Shown one piece after another: positions 12,364 through 23,755 of a stretch of 64,000 nt of DNA. The position numbers were made by a program, and so were the translations under genes. Positions within the stretch are counted from its first letter, which is position 1, and every line of letters starts with the position of its first letter. Where the stretch lies: the NCBI RefSeq assembly GCF_036321535.1, contig NC_087437.1, positions 50,594,001 through 50,658,000 on the forward strand, read 5' to 3'. The notes below the pieces were generated by a model. That model ran no database searches. It was not told the DNA's origin and was given only the letters and a program-made list of their open reading frames with translations. This DNA is from Camelus dromedarius (Eukaryota).

Positions 12364-14356
12364 TTCAGTCTAGAGGGCCTGAATCAGAATTGACTCTCAA
12401 GCCAGAGGAAGCCGGGGAGCCTTGATTCCCAACTTCGGAAACAGGGACCTGCACCAAGTCACGTGGCCAAAGTCTTCTATTTCAACTCTGTGCCTCTTGA
12501 AGCGGCTGCTGGACAGCCTGGGCTCCTGGTAATGGGGAAACTTTGCAGGCTGAGATTTTACAGAGAAGAGGTTGAGAATGTGGGGGTCAGAAGCCGACTG
12601 TGTGGGACAACAGTCTCTTTGATAAGGCTGGGCATTTACATTTGCTGGACTCCTCTCCAGTTCTTGGAGCCCCAGCCATTGGTCAGGACTTCCCTGACCC
12701 CTCCCCGCAATGCTATGTTCATCAGGCCTTCCTTTGCATTAGGCCTTTTAGAACACCATGCTGCACGGTAACTTTTATTTTTTAACTTGCTCCTTTTTCC
12801 CTCTTCTCATACTCTCGGGTAGAAAATATTACCTATAGAATGACAAACAACTTCACATCAGAGCATCTTTAGTGAAATTTGAAGCACAAAGACTGGGACT
12901 ATGGAGTTGAGCTGAAGCTGCAACGGTGGAACGAACAAGAGAAGTCATCTGGCGGTAGAACTGATAGGGCCTTGTGACTATGAATGTGGGAGGGTGAGGG
13001 AGGGCGAGGGAAAAACGAAGACAGCTTTCTTACATCTCCTTGTGAGCACTGCTAACAGGCCAGGTGTCCGGCTGAAAGGTTTTATTTCTCACCTCTGCCA
13101 CTAAGAGGTTTCCTAGACCTGCTCACTTCCTTCTACACAGGTTCTGAAGAGGAGGAAGAGCAAGTGTGTGCCTTATTTTTAAGACCACATGACTAAATAC
13201 AGAGTTTGTTTGAGCCTTCATAAGAAATTTTTAAGAGTTCCCCATATTGGATATTTTGAGACAAGATGACACAGTAGGGGCAACACTCACCAGCAAATTT
13301 TAGCACTTAATCTTACTACTGTGGTAAATCTCCAAAACAAAGATAGAGATTGTAGAACTCAGACAAAACCAGCAGAAACCAGGGCGACCCAAGGCAAGTA
13401 ACATTTTAATCCTTCCTTTGCTAAATGGGCTCCACCGAGTATATCTGAAGTTTCCTGCCAGACACAACTTCAACTTTACGATGGGATTCAAAGAGAAATC
13501 AGATTCATAGTATAGAAATTTAAATTATAGCTAAACTTGTAGCTAACTCTATTTTTGATAGTTGAGAGGTACTCATGATGTCATTGAATTATTGTAAGAG
13601 AGATGCTTTTAGAAACTGAAGTTCAATTCCTGCCCATATGTGGAAATCCTTGCAATACTGTTTTTCTGGTGGGGAGGAAAGGGCTTTTTTGGAAAGTCAC
13701 CCTGGGCTGCCCCTGACTTTCCTCCTAGGACCTGCTTCCCTCTCTAGTGGTAAAAACCCAAAGCAGAAGTTTCATGGAAACTGAAACTAACTATGAGGAA
13801 GCACCAGTCAGGTGGAACAGCCCGGATTCGAGAAGAGGGGATTCAACAGAGTGTATTTCTGTCTAAAATTATTACAGCTTTTCCTTTTCCCTCTGCAAGT
13901 GGGAAAGAATCTACCCTGAAATCCTGAATTTTAGGTATCACTAATACGCAGGATTTTTAAAGTTCCCCAAAGACACCTGAGTTTACCAGTACTCAACAGC
14001 TTGAACAGTAGGGGAGGTTGCCAATGGTGTTTTCTGACTTTTTGATGGATTGAGTGTGTGCATGTTTAAAAGGGTCAGAATGAGTCTTTTGGTCAGACAA
14101 GGGGAATGTATTCTGCTATGCGAAGGCAGTGAACACGAGTGAGTTAAGGTGTCTCATTTCGAGGTTGGTATTGAGGCACAGAGGAACAGTAAGAGGGAGG
14201 CCTTGAGAAACTTGACCCTAAGAGCTTTGTGGAATCATACTGTTCTAGGACATTCATGTGATTCTTATCCCTTTGAAAGCTTCAAATGAAAACAACTTGA
14301 AACTGCCCCTGGGTCTCAGGAGTTTATGTCTGTGACACGATGAACCCATAACTTAC

Positions 14357-14527
14357 CATTTCCAAAGTGGTCGTCTTCGAAATCAAAGGCTTGAAGTTGG
14401 ACATTCGTTGTTTTCAGTTGAAGGTGGGGTGAGAGCTGGATGCTCTGTTCACTCACACACTTGAAGGAATGCCCGACCACAGTCTCAAACATCACCACAG
14501 CATTTTTCATTCCTTGGTAAACCTTCT
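14357..14527 (-). CDS. LAMP3: LAMP3 exon 5 (KVYQGMKNAVVMFETVVGHSFKCVSEQSIQLSPHLQLKTTNVQLQAFDFEDDHFGN-V)
   Basis: Acceptor TTTTCAG|AG; donor AATG|GTAAGT; 171 nt, phase 1-1; GHSFKC and VQLQAF LAMP-domain motifs. Confidence 0.97.
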
Positions 14528-16369
14528 CTGAAAACAACAAAGGTGAAACAGTGACATATAAGAATCCTGGCAAATATCCATTGAGCCCCAGCTGTTGTGG
14601 AGTGGCCACATGCCGTTAAATGGCCTTCCTTAGATGTGGCTCTCTGGAGTTCTGTCCCCTTCTCCTCATGAAAAGTCACCCTAGTGCCCTCTGGGGGACT
14701 TCTTTCTGGTGCTCTGTTTGGAATATACAGGGGCAGCCTCACATAAACTGGGATGTGATAACATTGAAATGAAACTTTTGGCAATCTTTTCCTCAATTAT
14801 TTTAAATCACTGGGGGCAGAGTTGGTGGGGACTCTTGTCAATGCTTGGGGAACGACAGAGAAGTGCCCACAAAAACTTCAGTAATAAAAAATGTAAGATT
14901 GTTCTCTGAGACAAAATCACATGAACTCGTAATGAATCAGAGCAGAGACATGCAAAGTTACCAAGTATTTGCATATCCCCAGACTGAATGCATTAATACA
15001 GCAAAATGAAGGACTAAGCCTGTCGCTGGGAGGGGTTATCCGTGGAAACAAAGAGAAGGGAGAGGGCCATCCCCGTCCATCTGAGCGCTGCTGGGAGAGA
15101 CGGTCCTGCTCAAGGACTGGCCCTGTTTTGTGACAGGTGCACCCTTTCCAAGGAGGTGTATGCTTCAAGGCACATGGGTTATACCTTTTACTTATATAAT
15201 TAACTCCATTTGCTATAATTCCACCTCCACCAAGCTCCCTTCCGAGTACACTTGGGCTTCCTGAATGGGAGAAAATTCACTGGCCAGAGGACCCAATTGT
15301 CTGGTCCTCTTGCAGTTACTGTAAGAAACAGGAGCATGACAAATGAACAAATTTACATTCTGATTTTATGCATTAGTTTCATGATCCTGGTTTACTTGAA
15401 GAGACAGCCACTACTTAAGGATGTGCCGACACCTCCCAGGGCTGAGGAACAGACTGTGGACCTCAGTGAATTCACCCGTGGGCTGTTAGTGAGAGAGTCT
15501 AGACGTCCCTCCTCTCCTGCCTCTGTGGGTGTCTTTGCCTGCGTCTGACATAACATCCCACACTGAGGGTCTGCTCACTGTGTGCCCTGCACTGTGCAAG
15601 CACTTCTGTGCACTTTCCTGCTTAATTCTCACACTTTTTAGAGGGAGGTACTACTGTCTCCACTTTGCAGATGAGGAAATGGAGTCAGAGAGCTGAAAAC
15701 GTTTGCCTAGCATCATGCAGCTGGTAAGTGGTATTTGGACTGCCGAGCCTCGATCTTGGAGACTTAGGGTTGTTCTATCCCTCTCTCAGCCTCTCAGTTT
15801 CTGGTCTGACTTGCCCCTCTCCTGCCACTTGAGATATTACTACCCGTCACTAGCTAGAATTTAGCTAGTGATAACATTAGCTAATTTATGTTACCATTCA
15901 CAATATTTAATCCCAAGCCTATATGAGGAGGCTCGTCTAAGTGAGATAATGTCTATAAAACTGTCAACTGTGACATCTTACTTACATTTTACCGATAATC
16001 ACTGACAACATCCTCTTGAGCAATGCCAGTGTAATACAGCTCGTGTTTAAAACAGACCTTTCCTTACATTTTCATTTCTTAGCAAGTTTCTTTAGTATAA
16101 ATTCCTTAGTTAATAAGATAATAAGTGTAAGCCAGTCAAGAGAATTTTGAAAAGGAGAAAACAGACATGAAAACTCTTAGTTCAGTGCGTGGCACAGAAG
16201 AGCTGCTCACTAGCGGTTTGTTATCTAAGTCAAGGCTTTCTGGAGAAACATTCAAGGCCTCTGAGAAACTCCCCCAACTTGGCAGGGAGCATTATTTCTC
16301 TAAAAGTGAACATCGTAGGAGTTCTCTCAACTTGCCCCACTTTGCACAATTCTCTGTAAGGCAACCAAA

Positions 16370-17080
16370 GTGAACCCTTATAGATGTAAATCTTATATAT
16401 TATTTCCCCACCCCAAGCCCTCCAATGGCATCCTTTCACACTTTAATATAAAATCCAGTGCCTTCACCTTGCCTTGCCCACTGCCCTCCGAGCTCGGGCC
16501 TGCCGGCCCCTCACTCCTCACTCTCGCCAGCACACTGGGCCCTCCCGGTCCTTGAGCACACTAGCAAGCTCACTCCTTGGAGCCTGTGCACCTGTTGTTC
16601 CTGCCACCTGGAAAGAGCTTCCCCAGGCCCAGATGTCCCCAAATGGGGATATCTCTTTGCTCAAACCTCCCATCTTCAGAGAGGCCTTCCTGTCTGAAAG
16701 CTTCCCTAATACCCTTTCTAGTGCACCTGTTGTTCCTGCCACCTGGAAAGAGCTTCCCCAGGCCCAGATGTCCCCAAATGGGGATATCTCTTTGCTCAAA
16801 CCTCCCATCTTCAGAGAGGCCTTCCTGTCTGAAAGCTTCCCTAATACCCTTTCTAGTCCTCTCCACCCCATTCTGCTTGTGTTTCTTCATAGAACTTATC
16901 ACTGTCTAACTGTGTATTATAATAATTGAATGTGTCTGTTTATGGTCCTGTCCCCCTTCTAGAAACTAAGCTCCAGGAGGGCAGGGACTTTATGTTTGGA
17001 TAATTATGGATCCTCAGTACCTATTATAGGGCTCGGAACCCAGCAGGCACTAACTACATTCTCGTAGAATGAATGCATGA
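16370..17080 (+). mobile_element. L2 3' fragment containing a tandem duplication
   Basis: L2 motifs (tcagagaggccttcctg; taagctccaggagggcagggac; terminal gaatgaatg). Confidence 0.7.
16586..16857. repeat. Exact 135-bp tandem duplication
   Basis: 16586-16720 is identical to 16721-16855; visible as repeated peptides in several spurious ORFs. Confidence 0.95.
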
Positions 17081-17334
17081 TTCTGAGAGTACTGAATAAA
17101 CTGGATCATTAACAGCAAATCTGTGAGCTACTCGGCTCTTTTTCTGCCAATGATGATCGTCGACATAATATAGTTCAATCTGCTTCATGAGCAGACAAGC
17201 AGACTGAAGCACACAGAGGTGTAGTTAGTTCCCCCAAAGTTACATTGTTGTCTACTCTCTCAGTCTGTTTCTCAAATGCAGCATCAAAGATTAGCAAATT
17301 CAATGAGATGAAAAGTTGAAACTGTGGAACTTAC

Positions 17335-17392
17335 CTGGATTTGAGACAGTCAAATAGGCTCCCACTTCACTGATATAATAGGAGTTTTCATC
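17335..17392 (-). CDS. LAMP3: LAMP3 exon 4 (DENSYYISEVGAYLTVSNP-E)
   Basis: Acceptor TTTTACAG|GAT; donor CCAG|GTAAGT; 58 nt, phase 0-1. Too short for the ORF track; translated by hand. Confidence 0.96.
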
Positions 17393-18747
17393 CTGTAAAA
17401 CAGCAGTATGTTAACCTTTGGATAATCTCTATTTTTATGTTTACGATCCTAGCTTACAGACTGTTTAGGCAGCTATTAAATCCTTGACATGGGGGTTGGG
17501 TGGTGTGTTGGTATGGAGCCATAATTGTGTTTGGAAATTTCCAAAAATGTAAACATATCACACAATAAATAAATAACAAGTAATAGCTTGTCTGCGGCTG
17601 AACATTTCTCTACTGCATACTTGTTGCTAGAACCTGAAATTCAAATTCCACTTGTACAAACAATTTGAGTCCCTTCAGCTGGGCCAAGTTTTCCACTGTT
17701 AAAATGCAAATACATCTGGAAGGTGGATGGGTTGGCGGGTGTACATTAAGCTTTTCCTAGTAATTAAGGTTAGAAGTCAAACTGAGACCACTCACCCTTA
17801 AGGCTACCATGGGGGAACTTCATGGGGTCCATAAACCCTCTGGGAAAAACAGTGTATGCAGAATTGTGTGTGCATTTTCCTGGGTAGGATATCAGCTACT
17901 TAAACAGATTAATGGGTTTGTGCCTCCAAAATGGTTAGATGGGGCCACCGTGAGGGAGTGAAAAAAAAATGGTTAACCCTGAGATCACTGGTCCTCCAAA
18001 GAGGACCCCAGGTTGTTGTGTTCAGAAATATAAAGCAATGTTCCACTTTTTACCTAGGGATTGTCCCTTTGGAAAAACAAAACAAACAAGAAAACCCTAC
18101 AAAACATCCCTGTAACTTCTCTCAGGGTATGGAACATTAAAAGAAATTGAATCGTGGTACGAAAGGGTAAGTTGGAAAAGGAGTTTTTATTTTTTAAAGT
18201 AGGTGTTATTGCTTTTGAACATTCAATAGTAAACTGTCCACATGTAAGTTGCCAAAAATGGTAGAGCAACCAAAATCAGAATCTGAAACTGAATTGCTTT
18301 AAGTTGTTTACAATCTAGTCATTAAAGAAATTTAATAATAATTTGATTACATTTGATTACATTCTATATAAAATAATTTATATATTATTTGTGGATGAAA
18401 TGACGATTCCTTGCACAAATAAGGGTTCCAGAAATACAGGCTGTTCTAGTGAGGTCACTATCGATCCACTGAACTGTAGATCCTACAGCTCATTGAGCAG
18501 CACATCCACAGACCGGCTTCTTACCTTGTGCCGGGAGCTTCTCAGCTCGTGGGACAGACACCTCTGTGCTGTGCCTTATTTAATCCTTGCAGTGACTGTG
18601 ACTTGCTCAAGGTCACAGCCCTAATAGGTGGCTGGGGAAGATATGACCCCAAGCTGCCAGGCTAGCCTTTAACTTCTCTTATATCCACTCCTGACCAGGC
18701 ACTGTTCTGGGTTCTGGGAGAAGAATAAGATCTGGATGCCTCATTCT

Positions 18748-18839
18748 TTTTTTTTTTTTTTTTCTTTTTACCAGTGTTCAGCACAATTTTTCAGTTATTC
18801 ATGGACATATACACACTCATTGTCACATTTTTTTCTCTG
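18748..18839 (-). mobile_element. Short 5'-truncated retrotransposed insertion (probable L1 3' end) with 17-bp TSD
   Basis: tctggatgcctcattct at 18731-18747 and 18840-18856, flanking poly-T plus ~70 bp of sequence. Confidence 0.8.
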
Positions 18840-20256
18840 TCTGGATGCCTCATTCTAAGTGCTCAGTCTTGGGTCTGAACAAGTTGAACAATGTACTTGG
18901 ACCGTCCATTTGTTTTAGAGAAAAATAACTGTGACCCAGGCCCTTCTTGGGCTTCTTTCACATACAGTTTGTTCAGGTTATTCTTTGTTTGGTGTCCCTT
19001 TTAGCATAAGAGAGACCTATACGTCAGGGCTCGTAGTCACTGTTACAAGACTCTGCCCCATCCTAAGGGCAGAGAGAATCCATTGAAGGGTTTTCAGCAG
19101 GGCAGTGACATAAGCATGGCTTTGTTTGTGGAAATTGCTTGGGCTGCAGTGCGAGACTGATTTTAGGAGCAGCAGGAGAACAGTGACTGGGCCAGCTCTG
19201 AGCTCCGTGGGAGACCTCCTGGAATCTGCTCTCCTGTGGCATCTCCTCAACCTATCCTCATGGCTGTAAGGAAAGGGTGCTATGTACTTCTCTAAGGGTT
19301 TCACAGGTTACTAAGTGCATGCATTCACCTACGTGGCCTTCTTTGATCCTCACAACTCCCTGAGGCAGCGTAAATATTCTTAGCCCATTTTACAGCAGAG
19401 AACAAAGAGGCTCAGGGGAGCCTAGCATCTTTTTCTGAGGTACATTGTTTGTAGGTGAGACAAAGCAAGATCTTGTCTATAGGGTCCTGCTCTACATTTT
19501 CCTTCATGGGATATTAGAGAGGAAAAATGTGTTGTGCAAGAACTTTCTTCCACATTCCCTGAAATGTAATTGCCTAGATATATAGCCATCTCTAGGAAGC
19601 AGGGCTGGCCACATCATTTGTGAGCCTAGTACAAAACGAAAATGCAAGATCAGAAATCACTGAGAAACCCAAGAGGGACAGGAAAGCTTTAAACCAAGCA
19701 TGGGCACTCCCCACTGTTCAGGTCGCGTGCCCACGAAGCTGGCCCTGACAGGAAGGGGGCCTGGCCCTGCCCCTCTATAGCTGGTGCTTTCTGGCACTAA
19801 TGCCCAAGGTGAGGCCTTCCAAAGCAGATGGCAGTGCTCACACCCACTGCAAGTTCATCTTAGGCTGGAACAGGACAGAGTCCAGAGCCTGAATCCAGGT
19901 TTGCTTCTATTTTGACTGAGTCAAAATTAGACAAACGCTGACGGCAACTGAGCTGCTGTGTATCTTCATAAGGAAGGAAGAAAATTTGTTAGGTGAACTG
20001 ATGTCTACAAAAGGGCAGGGGGATGTTTAGTTTCCTTGACATGCCAAGTTTTACATAATTTATGCTGCTGATATCAAATGAGTCTTACTTAGACCATGGT
20101 ACCTATCTTTTCCATTGAGTTATGGTGTTATAGGATGTTCTTAAAGGAAATAAAATTGGCTTTTATTTAAACTGGAGCAAAGCACTTTTTTTTTAACTTG
20201 GAAATTCAAAATTTGGTGGAATTTGAACAGTAACAGGGCTGAAGTTTATTCTACAT

Positions 20257-20550
20257 GAAGAGTTGGCAAGTTTTTTCCTGCAAATATTTTAGGCTTTGTG
20301 GGTGTCTGTAGCAACCACTCAGCTCTGTCATTCCAGCACAAAAGCAGCCACAGACCACACATACACAAATGAGTGTGTGACCTGCTCATTTATGGACACT
20401 GAAATCTGAATTTTTTATGATTTCCATGTGTCACAGAATAATCTTTTTCTCCCAACCATTACATAATGTAAAGGCCAATCTTAGCTTGTGGATTGAACAT
20501 TTTTTTGGTGGGCTGGATTTGGTCTGGGGGCCATAGCTTATCGACTCCTA
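20257..20550. mobile_element. MER58-like hAT fossil
   Basis: gttggcaag...aaatattttaggctttgtggg...aaagcagccacagac...ggccatagcttatcgactcctag. Confidence 0.6.
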
Positions 20551-21035
20551 GTTTACACCATCAATGACAAACAAAGTTGCTGAACAAATCAGTTTGTTAA
20601 CCACTCTCTTTAAAACATTTGCAAGAATAAAAGGTTGCTAAGAATTTTTAAATACTACTTAAAAAAAGTCTTTGTTTCCATGTAGCCTATTTTGAGTTGT
20701 CAAATCTCTGTGAACATTCCAAAATTTTAATTCTTTACTTTATTCAGTACAAGAATGGGACAATAATAACAGGACTTACCTCTTAGGTTGATGTGAGGAT
20801 TAAATGAAGAAATCACATAAAAGACTTATCACAGAGTCGTCATTCAAATTTTAACTGGTGTTATTAACAACAGTAATAATAAGATTGCCCCTGCCCAGTA
20901 AACCTCTCTCACTGAGCTCAAATGATCATTTTTACCTAGCTCCCAGAGCTCAGATTCACTGCAAACAGCAAGAAAGAGAGAGCTAAGCCAGTGAATTAAG
21001 CTCAGCTACCCTTATGTATTAAAGAACCAGGCTGA

Positions 21036-21154
21036 GAAGGGAGGAGGGTATAGCTCAGTGGTAGAGTGCATGCCTAGCACTCACAAGGTCCTGGGTTCAA
21101 CAAAACTTAAAAAAATAAATAAAAGTAAATTAAGAAATAAATTAAAGTTAATAG
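21036..21154 (+). mobile_element. tRNA-derived SINE with 13-bp target-site duplication
   Basis: A/B boxes; flanked by agaaccaggctga at 21023-21035 and 21155-21167. Confidence 0.85.
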
Positions 21155-23164
21155 AGAACCAGGCTGAAACCTCAGCTCTGGGGGATGGGAATGGGGTGGA
21201 TACAGAGGAGGGTGGTGGTGGGGAGGGGGAGGTTGACTGCTTCAAGCAGGTGTCAGGTTTAACCCAAAGCCCAAGGGAAATTACATACCATACATTAAGC
21301 AATTTATAGTGTGTGCTCACTCCTCTGACACCCACAGGGTTAATTTCCAAATGTTTTTCTCATTTGGGTTTCGAGTTGGACAGTGACAAATGTTTATCAT
21401 GCTGGGTTCTTGAAGACAAAGTAAAAATCCTTTGTGTACTCATCAGCATTGACAAAAGAGGGCCCGAGGACTCCTAACAGCCAAATATGGTACTTTAACA
21501 CTTACGGCTTGTCCATTTGAATGGGCCGCTTGTAAAATCTCATCTCACTATTCAACTGATGAATCTAGACACAGTGGCTCCTCACTACCAGTGTCTAAAG
21601 GGAGCTCTGCAATAGCTCATGAAAGAGATCTTAAACACCTTCCTTAGCGGAGGACAAGGTTCAGAGCAAGCCAGCCAGTCAAGCCTGCCCAGGAAGTCAT
21701 AACGCCAATGACCGAGAGGCCTAGGGTACTCTCTCCTCAACTTCTGCAAAATGCATTGTGGGAGTTTCACAGTCACAGATGTTCAGGATGTGGACTGCGT
21801 CTTCAACATCAATCAGGTATTTTTTGCTCAGTGTTGTCTTGACTTCATCAAGAAACCTCTGCTCTGGAGGTAACAAAAGGAAGCCAAAGAATTGTGTCTT
21901 TAGAGCAGCTGACCTACTTTTTGGCAACTTGGCACAGAGTTCTCTGAAATTTAGATTCTCTCTTTTATTGATTCATTTCTTCATCAAACATTTGCTAAAG
22001 ATATACTATATACAGAGTCAGGGTGGGGCACTAGACAGAGGAATGTGAATACGTCAGACATTTGCCTTCAGGATGGCAAAATGCACAGTAAAGGCCTGAA
22101 TGGGGAACACATGGAGGGTCAGGGAACCAAGAGAAGAAAGCATCCCAGTTTAACCTGGGATGGAGGTGGAGGTGGGTGGGGGAGACTTCATAGCATAATA
22201 ATAATTGAGTCATCTTAAAGGATGAATGGAAAAGCGGGCTTAGGGGTGGCAGGGGCATTCCAGGCGGAGGGGAGCCCACAAGGGAAAACAGGGCATGAAG
22301 GGTGCGGCATCCTCGGGAAGTTCTAAATAGTGTGCTCTGAAGGTGTTAACGTTTGATCACTGATAACAGTTTACAGGAGTCTGACAGCTAAGAGGGCTCC
22401 AAACACCCTGAAAGGCCCTGGGGGTAACACCAGGTGGCTGGGCAGTTAGACTTCCAGACCGCAGGTGGCCGATGTGCTGCCTGACCCTGCTGCCCCTCCC
22501 TCTTGGTGACTGGTTTCTCCCACGTCCCAGAGCCAGCGCTGCAAACTTGTGCTGCCTGCCAATCAGGTGGATGACAAAGGCATAGCGTTGAGAGCAGAAA
22601 CTTCAACTCTACGCAAAGTGTCTGAAAGATATTTTTAAAACCAACTATCCTGAGCAGGAAGGAAGTTGTGGGGAGTGGCAGGGGAAAGGAGATATATTTA
22701 CCCCGCACCTGAAGGGTCTGAACAGCTTTCAGCATGTCACCTTAATCAAATGAGACACTGACATGGAAAGGTTTTCAGCTTTTAAAAAAATGAAACTGAG
22801 GGAAATGAGAAAGGAAACCCACCTCTCCTGATCCCACTAAAGGCCAGACACCATGCTCAGCACTTTCACATACGCCAGCCCAGCTCACCCTCACATACGC
22901 CAGCCCAGCGTCCGGCTAGACAAAACAGGTCCTGGAGGGCCCATCTTATAGAAGAGGAGACTGAGGCTCAGAGAGAGAGAGCTAGCAACTTGTCCACAGT
23001 CACACAGAAATGATATGCATAAGTTAAGTCTTGCCTGAACAACTTCAAGTGATTTTTTAGGAGGCAAATTTTTTTTATGTTTCTGTCATTGGCAATATTT
23101 CAATTTTAAAAATTACAAATTATTGTACCTGATTTGAAACCTAAAACTATAGCCTGTATTTCTT

Positions 23165-23318
23165 TTTTAAATTATTTATTTATTTATTTTAGGGGGGGAG
23201 GTCATTACATCTATTTATTTATTATTAGTTTTTTTTTTTAAATGGATTTTCTGGGGATTGAACCCAGGACCTCATGCATGCTAAGCATGCACTCTACCAC
23301 TTGAGCTATACCCTCCCC
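23165..23318 (-). mobile_element. tRNA-derived SINE (camelid-type)
   Basis: ctggggattgaacccaggacctcatgcatgctaagcatgcactctaccacttgagctataccctcccc plus a T-rich tail. Confidence 0.88.
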
Positions 23319-23529
23319 TGTCTTATATTTCTTTTATTTCTCCCATTATGTTGAGCTTAGTGTTGGGGACAAAATAGGTGCTCAGTAAATTCTTATTGAT
23401 AAATTGGTTGACAAATCAGTCTTGCTAATCAGCATCCATTTATCATTCTATACTTGGTTCACATTTATAACATCTATGACATTATAACTAACATGTAGTT
23501 CTATTTTCCAAGGCTCTTTTTCTCTCTAG

Positions 23530-23755
23530 AACACTAATTCTCAACCAGGGGGTGGTTTTGCCCTCCAGGGGACATTCAGCAACATCTGGGGGCATTTTGG
23601 GCTGTCCCAGCTGGAGCTGGGTGTTGCTACTGGCATCTAGTAGGTAGCAGTCAGGGATTCTGCTCAGCATCCCACAAGGCACAGGACAGCCCCGACTGCA
23701 AAGACTTACCCATATTAACCCAGATGTTAATACTGCTGCTGTTGAGAAGCACTGG
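23530..23755. mobile_element. MER20 DNA transposon fossil
   Basis: ttctcaaccaggggg...gctactggcatctagtaggtag...gttgagaagcactg. Confidence 0.75.

Noticed and set aside
14316..14356. Read-through of exon 5 into the intron (GNGKLWVHRVTDINS*) as a soluble LAMP3 isoform
   Set aside because: The donor is a strong consensus GTAAGT, the product would lack the final LAMP-domain Cys, and a short in-frame run into an intron is expected by chance.
16458..16929. Cluster of overlapping long ORFs with repeated peptides
   Set aside because: Artefact of the 135-bp duplication inside an L2 fossil.
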